A stretch of DNA of 56,205 bases, counting the filler, from Sphacelaria rigidula (taxonomy: Eukaryota), in the NCBI GenBank assembly GCA_964200075.2. It is 5 parts of 5 records of this genome, joined end to end, with 100 filler letters (N's around TTAATTAATTAA, not from the genome) between each part and the next. Parts side by side here need not be neighbours in the genome. Positions count along the whole stretch, not along the records: positions 11,263 to 22,423 come from CAXNAA020005301.1; positions 22,524 to 33,684 come from CAXNAA020005302.1; 3 more parts are not named here. One strand, given 5' to 3'. The position numbers and the translations under genes were made by a program. Below, in pieces: positions 14,301-23,801 of the stretch. Position 1 is the stretch's first letter. Every line of letters starts with the position of its first letter. The notes under the pieces were generated by a model. It worked only from the letters and a program-made list of their open reading frames with translations. It ran no database searches and had not been told where the DNA came from.

Positions 14301-17300
14301 AGCCATCACAGGTGCTGTCGTGGGCTGTAGTGTGTGATCAAACATGTTCAAACAAGATTCAAACGCTTTTTCGATGACATTTTTCGATAGCCCGAGGTTA
14401 TCAGAAAATCAGGATTTTCTGATAACTTTGGGCTATCGGAAAATGTTACCAGATAAATTTCTATCAGAAAACGCGTAATAAGTGGGGTTTTGGTCATTTG
14501 ATACACAAGAAGTAGCCTAAGTCCCTGGGGTTTTTTTTCGTCTCCTCTGCACCCCCAATAGGGTTACGCGGGTCAATGATGAAAATGCCGTTCAAACAAT
14601 TACGCGCCAACTCTTCGAATCACAAATCGTATTTCCAATCTTCACTTAAAAATCACCGTCGGCTGGCCCAGCTCATACAGATGCAAAAAAGTGGAAAAAT
14701 TAATTGGTGAACTCTCCACCCTTCGCGAATTTTCTTTGGGCTCGATAAAAACGGCATCAAGTTTTCAAGGATGAGGGAATCCAACGAAGCGGCTTTCTGC
14801 ACCTGGCGGGAGCTGCTTTTCATGTGCAACGAGCGATATTTATGACTTTGGAGACCGGAGCAACAATGCGCGACAAGGTGAGCTAGGGAAAGTTCGAACC
14901 CTTTTACGGCGAGCATAGTTCATCCACTGAATCGGCACCAATTTCACTTCGAAAAATTATGCATGGTCCAGATGGTCCTCTGCTGCGGTCCAAGGGTTAG
15001 CAGACAAATAAATTCCTCAGTCAGTTGTTTTGCAAAACTATTCCACAAAAAACAAAAAAAAGTAAACTTTTGAAATGAGGGTTGAGCCCCATTTCCACCT
15101 TCAACCCCACTTTCCAGGCTCCTCTGTTCTCAATGAATACATGAAAAAAATAATAAACAAAATTAATGAAGTGAAACGGCCGTCCCCCACCCCAACACAA
15201 GCACAAACACAGACAGCCCACCTGTCTCGTCGCTCCCTCTCCCTTTCCCTAGCCCTGCTGGCTGCATACTCGTCCCTCTCCCTCTCCCTCTCCCTCTCCC
15301 TTTCCCTTTCCCTTTCCCGCTCCCTCTCTCTCTCCCTTTCTCTCCGCCTCTCCCTGCTGCGGCTGCGACTCCTTGCTCGACGGCTGCGTTCACGTTCACG
15401 CGACCGGGAAGAGCGGTGCCGGCGACCAGAATCCCTGTTGCCCCCCCCGCCCCCGGACCCCCGGAACGGGCGCGGATGGAGTCAAGTTTGGAAGATCCAG
15501 GGATCCAAATTGTCGGCGGATTAACACACCAATAACGACAAGGAGGGAAGGAAGCAAGGAAAATGGGTTAGAGGAGACAAGGAACATGCGGTAAATTGGA
15601 GCTTAGGTCCAACGAAGATGGTACATACGAAGGACACGGGGGGGGGGGGGCGCACATGCCGATTTGATTCAGGATTTGACTGTTTTTTTTTTTGTTTCTG
15701 TTTTCGGCACAAGGACAACACATGTATCAAAGGATGGGATGGCTGCAAAGGACAAGAGGGAAGGATTGCGGCCACAAATCAGGATTCAATGTTTGCGGGG
15801 GGGGTTTGGAAAAGAAATCGTAACAGAGGAGGAAAAGAAGTGGAGCAAGATGCGGCGGATCGGTGTCCGATCAAATACTTCACATTTTGCAGCGGAAAAC
15901 CAACCCCAGAAAGTAGAAGAGGAGCAGAAATGGGAGACGCAACAGAAAAAGAAAGGTGCCGAGACGTGCATACGGGTGACAACTTGCAATGCGGTGGCCT
16001 CGTTGCGACCGACTCAATACACTATCGACGAGATCTTGAGGGAAAGGTAGACGCGGGTGACGGACGGCGTAGCCGTGCGATGTATCAAGTGAGAGCCTTT
16101 CAGGGTATCCACAGTACCGCCTACCCGATGTCCGGTTTCCTGGAGAATTTATCAACAGCTGAGAAGTCTACGAACTACACACTGGGTGTGTCATCATCCC
16201 ATCTACTCCTAACGCCAGTCTACACCTTTCGGTACATGTTGGCGCATCAGCCGGGGTGGGGGTTACACAGGAGGAAGGTCAACACGGGAGTTTTTTTATT
16301 TAGTTCTAGCACCCCACCTTCCTTGTGCAGTGCTTGCCTTTTCTCTTATTGCAAGGAGGATTGGTTCAGCGATCCCTTCACCTCGTCGACCGTGAAGCCG
16401 AACTTTTGTGTACCCAGGACAAAATCGCTCTCCACTATTGGGCGGGGTACCTGAGAAAAAATCAACATGAAAATACTGACCTATCTCAGCGTACTCCTAG
16501 TACAGAACATTGATCCGTGTATACAGCAGTGTGGATATCATGCCACGATCGGGGGGAAGGGGGAGGGGGGGAACCCACGAAGGGAAGGGCCAATTTGTAC
16601 CTCAGACGACCCAAGACACTTGCGCTGCTCTTGTACTTGGGTAGAAATGGTGTCAAGCAGATTGACCTGAGAGTTACGTATCGATAACAAGCGCGTTCGG
16701 ACGCCCGCTGCTAACTCCGTGCACATTTGCTTCCAGAGCCGTTTCATGCTGCACTTCATGCGATATCGCATATTAGCTATGGCGGTTGCTGTGCCAAGGT
16801 ATTCGCATATACCCAGAAAGGTTTTCCCAAGGTATGCGGCCTAATGATTCGTCTGACATACGTCGTTTTCGTCGGCGCTCTCGACAACGACTTGAAGTAA
16901 AATTTCGAGAAAGAAATGGCCCAAAACCCCCCCTCCCTCCAACCAATCGTAGCATGACTCGTGGATGGGCACCGGAACAGTGCGGTAATGTGGGTCACCA
17001 ACCCCGGAATAGCCGCGCGATACAGGGACCCCACACAGTTCTAGTTCAGTTCAATTATTTGATACTATTATATTAGTAGAGCGGATTTTACACTGTTTCA
17101 TTTTTAGTGATATGTTCGTCACATCAGCTCGACCTCTCGAACCCATGGTCACTTGACATATGAGGGAAAAATCTCACCGCACTCTGCTGAGACCTCGCAA
17201 TAATATAGTCAGGAGAATGGCCTAGATATGGTATACCTTCTCGTATTTTGCCCAAGAAAGGCACGAAAAATGACCACAAATGCGAAAACAGCAAACACAC

Positions 17301-19282
17301 ACAATCCAGACAGATTTCGCTCCGAATTTTTCACGCACAGCAATCGGGGGGCTCCTCGGCACCTGGGCCTCGAGAAAAACACAGAAAAAAAAGATGTTAC
17401 TCGCGAAATATGGTCATGCGCAGAAGGACGTCTCGCCTCCATCAACCATTTTCCCTTCCTAGGCCAAATTTCGGCGAGGTATACCTGATCTAGCACTTCT
17501 TTTTCAATCGTACCTTATCTGGGTCACCGGTCAGCCCAGAAAGTACCTATCCTGGGTCCATCGCTTCCCGCGATGTACCTGATGCGGCACACTGCGCGCA
17601 AGGGAATCTACGAATCTACGATTCGGCAAATATCCGTTTTCAAGGTCAGCCCAACTTCTACGCCACACAAGTGTCCGTCAGGATGATTACCAACACACAT
17701 GTTTAGTGTATGAACACCCACTGCGGAGAGCCCGTACCCTACATCGGGTCACCCTTGTCAATTCATCGTCGACATCTCGGCCACGGTGGAGGTTCATTTT
17801 TTCCAAGAATAAGTTTCACCACACCGTCCCCGAGGCGGGTCTTCGCACAAAGACTAATGGTGCAGTCGAGCCGCCTTCTCAGATGGCGGTGACTGCTACT
17901 GCTGCAAAAGGTGCGGTCCAGTCCACTTTCATTTCTCAGAAGGGATCGGAGAAGCATCCAAGGGTCGGACAAATAATGATTCGTCTGAAAATTACTTGGT
18001 TTTAGTATAATGAGTCGACTCGTGACGAATCCATCCCTAGGCTGTATTTCAGCGTTGCAACCCAGGTACACGCAGGCCACACACGTGGAATGGCGAAAAC
18101 GTTGCGTGGATACCCCTTGAACCAGCGATCAACCTTTTTCTCCCTTTTGGGCAATCAGGCCGAAGAAAACGTGGATTTGGTGATTTCGAGTCGTGATGAT
18201 TTATCCCAACCGTGGAAGCATCCAACATCCGAATGCGCTGGCTTCGGTCTAATCGGAAAATTCGGACCAGTCACCCAACACACGCTCAACTGTCTCGACA
18301 GGAAAAAAAAAGCTGAAAAAAAATCTCACCTGTCCCTGTCTCGATCCTTCCCCTTGCGACTGCTCTCCCAGTCCCTGTCCCTGTCCCTGTCTCTGTCTCT
18401 GTCCCTATCCCTGTCCCTATCTCTATCCTTTTCTCGGCTCCGTTTCTTTTCTCGTTCCTTATCCTTAGAGCCCTTCTTCCTCTTTCTGTCTCTCTCATCT
18501 TCCTCCTCTTCTTCATCGTCATCCCCATCTTCCTCGTCTTCGTGTTCATCCTCATCGTCCCCTTCTTCTTGATCGTCATCTCCGCCTTCTTCTTCCTCTC
18601 CCTCTGCCGACGCCGACGCCTCTTCATTGTCATCATCTTCATCTTCATCCTCGTCGTTATTGTCATCATCCTTTCCCTTCTGCTTGCCGTTTGCAACGGG
18701 AGCCACTTCTGCATTCTGTCCATCTTTCCGGGATCCTGACCCCGACTGATCATCTTTCCGGGACCTAGACACACCGCTTTCCCCGTTCACAGCAGCAAGA
18801 TGCTCCCTCTCGTCTTCCTCCAGCAATTCATCCTCATCAATATCGTCTTCGTCCATAGCATCATCACCATCTCCTGCCTCCTTACCGCCCTTCTTCGCTT
18901 TTTCAGGGGACGCCTCATCGCTATCCCCTGCCTCCTCGGAGTTGCCTTCCTCCTGCCCGCCTTCACTGCCACTCTCCTCTTCTTGTTCTTGTTCAATGTC
19001 ATCCCCCTCTTCCTCCCCGTCGCTCTCCTCTTCACCCTTCTTGCGCGCCTTCTTCTCAGACTCGCGGTCCCTGCGACTACTACTCCGCTCCTCTCCGCTG
19101 CGGCGCCGATCTCTCTTGCTCGCGGATGAACTCCCACCCTTGCCTCCGTCATCCCCTTCCTCATCCTTGTGCCTACCGTGCCGACTACTGCGGTGATGTC
19201 TGCTGCCGTCACGCCCACTTCCACCACTGCCACGACCTGCCTCCCGCTCGTCGTCCCTGCCGGATCGACCGCTACTCCTCTC
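11373..19282 (-). CDS. Acidic, Arg/Ser-, Arg/Glu- and Arg/Asp-rich low-complexity protein (probable splicing or nuclear RNA-processing factor); partial, 3 exons
   Basis: Minus-strand exons 19282-18330 (ERSSGRSGRDDER...DEDDIDEDELLEE...DRDRDRDR), 15434-15222 (DSGRRHRSSRSRERERSRR...) and 11522-11373 (ERESRRRKERSRSRSRGRKRD...). All have CAG acceptors and GT donors, and phases join (2/2). No folded domain is visible, so the family cannot be named. Confidence 0.8.
11820..12200. mobile_element. Foldback MITE-like element (long imperfect inverted repeat) in an intron
   Basis: Arm ~11870-11990 (AAGTGCCTTTTTGGCCCTTCGTCG...CACCTTTGCGTTT) is the reverse complement of ~12055-12175 (AAACGCAAAGGTG...GAAGGGCCAAAAAGGCACT). 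Related sequence occurs at ~33880-34045. Confidence 0.65.
12509..14675. mobile_element. Non-autonomous Tc1/mariner-like TIR element (~2.17 kb)
   Basis: TA|CGAGCTGGGCCAG at 12507-12521 and CTGGCCCAGCTCA|TA at 14663-14677, giving a 13-bp TIR with flanking TA. No transposase ORF inside. Confidence 0.65.
13638..14600 (+). repeat. Tandem duplication, two ~480-bp units
   Basis: ~13638-14120 and ~14121-14600 are highly similar. Both start AATTTTGTACGGACGACATACAGCATAGATTGTCC and end GATGAAAATGCCGT..AAACAA. Confidence 0.9.
14899..14996. mobile_element. ~98-bp piggyBac-like mini element inserted into another repeat
   Basis: CCCTT...AAGGG termini, homologous to 35986-36082. It is absent from the homologous host repeat at ~50802-50890. 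Confidence 0.6.
16183..16463 (-). mobile_element. 5'-truncated copy of the tRNA-derived SINE
   Basis: Reverse complement aligns by eye to the body of 39280-39550 (shared TCTACACCTTTCGGTA..T.TTGGCGCATCAGCCGGGGT and TCGTCGACCGT....CGAA.TTT.TGTGTACCCA). Confidence 0.75.
17127..17198 (-). pseudogene. Degenerate tRNA-like sequence or SINE head
   Basis: Minus strand reads GCGAGGTCTCAGCAGAGTGCGG...CTCATAT...GGGTTCGAGAGG, with A-box-like and B-box-like motifs. Stems are poorly conserved. Confidence 0.3.
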
Positions 19283-19689
19283 CTGTATCGATCAGCGCGC
19301 GCGGGATCGCCAATATATTTTCAAACGATATGAGAAAGAGATAGAGTTATTTCAGCAGACAAGGTGTCGACATTCCCACGCACACACGTTACTCTTTTGC
19401 GTACACTACTCCAATGCGACATTCGCCAACCCCTCTCCCACGACACCATTGTTTCGTTTGATCCCTGGTTCGTTTCACTACCCTCGTACCTAGCCCTAAT
19501 CCTTTCGGGGGACGGAGGAAGCCCAAGTATACGGAAGGTACGAAAAGGCGGAAACGATTGATTCGATTGATTGCCGTACCTTAACTGACCCCCCAAGGAT
19601 CTACCCGTGGCCACACGATAACGTACCTCATGTAACAAAAGCAAACGAAAACGAAAACAGTCGCTGAAGAATAGTGGAGGAAACTGAAA

Positions 19690-19830
19690 GGACGCGTTTT
19701 AGTCCGAATCGGTGCCACAGACGCCCAATTGGCGTTTGCCAACGCAATCTTCACCTAGGGTACCATTTCCACCACCACCCTTGCCCAAGGGTTCTCGGCA
19801 TGCCTTGGCTAGGGTGAGGGTGAGGGTGAG
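19690..19830. repeat. Dispersed repeat ending in telomere-like (TNAGGG) hexamers
   Basis: Homologous to ~49280-49398 and to inverted copies at ~52752-52880 and ~43580-43650. Ends ...GGCATGCCTTGGCTAGGGTGAGGGTGAGGGTGAG. Confidence 0.55.
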
Positions 19831-20872
19831 CGTTGTTTCAAACATGTGTCAACCATGGATTTACATCGACGAGCTGGGGTAAACCCACCTCGCTCCGGCC
19901 TCCGTACATTCCCTACTGTTCCAACACCACCGTTTTCACCTCTCAATACTCGTTGAGACGAAAACACTTCTCTGTACCCACGTCGGGCTGTTTTTTCACC
20001 AGCCCTACCCACAGACAGGGCGCGGTATGAATCATGGACCTGCGCAACCGGAGTCGATGATCTGAGATTCCTACTACTACTGCTTCCTTCTGAGCAAGCA
20101 CCGTGAAGATATATGCAGGGTGCAATAGCGCGAAGCCCGCGTCGCCGAGTGGAAGCAATCGTGCTCACAGAAGACGGAAAAAGGGGGAAAAAAAACGTCG
20201 CTCGTCAACTTTTGACTTTAGAGCTTTCCGGATCCTTCTAGCGGCTGATCCCTTCGCCTGCGACGCAAAATCATAATCCATGCATGTTGTCAAAGCAAAC
20301 GCTCGTCACTTGATTTCCCTTCACGGAGTCTCCCTTCAATCAAGGTTTTCAAACTTCTCGTGGACTGAAGATAGGGCTAATTTATCAGGACGACAGGTGA
20401 AACAAATGATAATTGGCTCCTGTTGGTGCACGACAATAACAACTCGTCAACAGAAATAGAGCACAACGGTACCAACCCCAGCAACAACAGCAGTATCGCA
20501 GAACACAGTGGAAATCGTTCCCGGATGACCTTTTGGGGCGCACAAAGTCATCGCCCCAGGGCATAGTTTAGAAGAAAGGAGAAGGGGAGTGATGAACAAC
20601 GTCGCTTTATCAGGTGTTGTAGGCATCAATATGGTGCCAAACGTACAATAGAAGAAAGTTGACCACCCGTGAGTGTTACTGAGGCATGCGCGCGTGGCAG
20701 GGGTGGTATGCAACGTACGGTTGATATGCACCGAATTCTGAGGGGGTCAGCTGAGGTAGTCTGCTGGGGTGCACATCTAGCGAGATGCTGGCGTAACAAA
20801 GAAAGTTACATAACCGATTCTTCAGTTTGGCTGTTCGCTTTCTTAATTTCTCGAGTTTGCAAATAAGCAGTA

Positions 20873-21466
20873 CAAGCTGGGCCAGCTTAAAAGCAACTGA
20901 AAGTTGCTTACACCACAACTTTGCTAGCTTCCCGAATAAACCCGATGTAAGCATATCGCTGTGAAGTGAAGACCAACCTGGTGACACACGGCACCACCGC
21001 TCAATGAAGAAAAAAACTGAAAGAAAGTGTACTGCATAGTATATTACCTCAACGACGGACGGGAAAAAAAGAGAATCTGTCGGGATTCGAACTCCTGACC
21101 TCCATAATTGGAGTCTCCCCTAACTCGAGTTATAAGGGTGCAGCAGCGTCGGGCAACATGTTGAACGCACGGCCCAATTCGACGACTCTTGACCTGAAAC
21201 TTCAGGTAGGCGTTCCGCACCCAAGGAAAAGATTCATCACGTGAGCAGCTGCAGATTCTCATGTTTTTCCTCGACTTATGACATTATCTTGTTTTTATTG
21301 AAATTTCAAATCCCCATAATTTTTTCTTTCGTCTTTGCTGCTCACGTGATCTTCTGCATTTTGATAATAGAAAGCTGCTGTCAAAATTTCGGCGTCCAAC
21401 TCCTAGAATCGCACCGTGCGTCTCCTGAGCGAGGAAATCCCTCATGGTTATAGCTGGCCCAGCTCG
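20873..21466. mobile_element. Tc1/mariner-like MITE (594 bp)
   Basis: TA|CAAGCTGGGCCAG at 20871-20885 and CTGGCCCAGCTCG|TA at 21454-21468. Internal segment ~20972-21140 is homologous to ~12557-12680 of the 2.17-kb element. Confidence 0.75.
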
Positions 21467-22423
21467 TATCCCTCTTCATTTTCACCTTGGGGGGTATTAG
21501 TGTACCAAGTACGTGTATCTCTTGATCACCGCGACGGGTTCCTCTCGAATCAGTTTGTGTGCGACACTCAATCAACCCACGAACCACCCCAACGTACAGG
21601 CTGTGTGTGTGTTGTGTGTGTGTTGTCGTCCCATTTATTCTGGGCGCCAGTCTGCTGGGCCGGCCTAAAAACGGATTTAAGCTCTAAAAGCGAAATCTCA
21701 ACGACACAGACGAGTTGGGCCGTGATCCGCATATCGTATTAATCGTCTGATCAAGGGGAAGGTGCCCATCTGCTCAAAAAATCTGGGCCAATTTTTCCTC
21801 GTCGAGTGAACCCCATGTATAGTAATTCCTGTACCTAGCGGAGATAGCGTCCACATTAAAATCTATATGAAACCCCGAACGATCGATCAAGCGGATGATG
21901 ACGATTTTTGGTGTGGACCTTCCCTGGAGCACGGGGAGACGATAGATACCCTCACTTTCACCTAATTCGTAGTCTATCTCGAGAAATGGCGCACATAATA
22001 TTCTATACTAAAATCGGTATATTACTAGCAGAGGCACTAGATGACATAAATCTGGATATCGCGTCTCAGTTTTTGAGATTTGTGCTATAAAATTTGGTAT
22101 GGAGAACCGCTAGTGCATAACGAAAAAAAAACACAGCTTTTCCGTTTTTTTTTCGTTTTTCTTCATTTTTTTTCGTGTTTTTAGGGAGGTTTTGAGGAGA
22201 AATGAACATTGCTCTTGGGCATGGACAACGACAGAGGTATGCTGAGTGAAAAAATAAAATGGGCCTTCATATTTTTTCCTTCATGAGAGGTTCGGGTGTT
22301 CTCGAAAAAAAAATCATCGTTACCATAATACAATGCCCTCAATCAGTGAAAAAAAAAAAAAAAAACCCACCCATTTTCTTCTTACATGTCCCCCCACCCG
22401 CTACCCCGCCCACGAATTGTCCC

Positions 22424-22523
22424 NNNNNNNNNNNNNNNNNNNNNNNNNNNNNNNNNNNNNNNNNNNNTTAATTAATTAANNNNNNNNNNNNNNNNNNNNN
22501 NNNNNNNNNNNNNNNNNNNNNNN
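22424..22523. other. Artificial scaffold linker (N44-TTAATTAATTAA-N44)
   Basis: Same 100-bp spacer as the other linkers. Confidence 0.97.
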
Positions 22524-23801
22524 ACATTTTTCCGGGTTTTTATTTTTGTCTATTATAGGAAGCGGCCTGAGGAGGGAAAAGTGAAGATGCAGATAAAAAT
22601 AATGACAAAACGCCGAAGACACCGAGCATTTGGAAACTCCCACAATTGGGCTCGTTTTTGCTAATGTCGCCCATATGAGGCGCTTGATGCAGTGTGAAAC
22701 CAGTTATTATGCGCTGTACGGCCGTTTTCTTCGTGGCGGTTTTAGGGTTAGTTTGGGAGGGGGCTATCGCGCCATGACTCTCCCGTACAGAAGATGAAAA
22801 GACCACAAGATTCGCGGGAACTCGAGTCAGGTGATCGCAGATCTGAGAATTAGTCTGGTATTGGCTTCGCCACTGTCCGCGAAGGGTCATCCTATACTTT
22901 GGGCATTATTCTGATTACAAATACAAGGATATCCATCCATTAAATTTATCGTCAAATCGTGCCTTATATTTATGGTACATGAGGGGTACTTCCTTCGACA
23001 ACGGTTGTGTAGAGGTCGTCCTGACGTTCAACATCACACGCGGAGGTTATCCAGCAGGCTGGACAACGTAGGCATTGACGGTGTGCAGCACCATGGCCAG
23101 AGATAATGGGGAGGTGAGCTTCCTTGTGCAATTGTTCTGTTAATGTCGGAGTGCGGCGTCCGTTCACCTTGCCCTCGTATCGATCAGTGTAGCACCCGCT
23201 CTGAGTCTGGGCAACATCTGTCACGTTGCTGTAGAGAGCCAGCGCGCCTACCTTGGTAGATTGGGTCGTACACAAGGTAGTGGTCATAGCAGTACAATTT
23301 AGTGCAGTAGCACATTGACACTAGTCTACTTTGTCTTGCTGGAGTTCAAGGAAAGTCTCCCTACTTGTGATGGGCAACGTGTGTGCTGGTCGGTACCAAC
23401 TTCAATCGGAAGTTCATCAATTAGTCCAGAAAACAGCAAGCAGTGAGAGGGGATGTGCGCCGTGCAGCCGGGCCAGCTGACTGCCGTCCGTACGCAGAGG
23501 GTGAATTATTGTCCTGCATTGTGCCGCACTGCACAGTGCAATACGCAGTAGTGTTCACTGTGCTGCTGGTGTGTTTACGCGCTACTGCACTGTACGTTAG
23601 TCCAAACGTTGCATTGCACAGTTGTCGCCCTGCACCCTTTCGCTCAGTTTCGTACCTGGGTGAACCTCAAATATCAACATCATGTTGTTCCTCGCTCTCG
23701 TTCGGTGGTCCTAACATGCATGACGTTTTCTTGTGACTCGACATGTTCAGCAGCCCCACCTCCGGTTGCCAAAGGAGGCAACTTGTGATGTGGAGTGCGC
23801 A

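Noticed and set aside
15618..16454. 278-aa plus-strand ORF
   Set aside because: No recognisable domain; it lies in an intron and runs through a SINE copy.
15075..19196. Plus-strand SL-rich, S-rich and hydrophobic ORFs (15075-15524, 18090-18572, 18800-19129)
   Set aside because: These are antisense shadows of the low-complexity minus-strand exons.
20040..20089. Candidate extra upstream exon of the RS-rich gene (EGSSSSRNLRSSTPVAQ)
   Set aside because: Phase-compatible, but the donor (GTCCAT) is weak and there is no homology support.
22927..22934. P1BS-like GNATATNC motif upstream of the PSR-like gene
   Set aside because: A single motif with six fixed bases is expected by chance every few kb.
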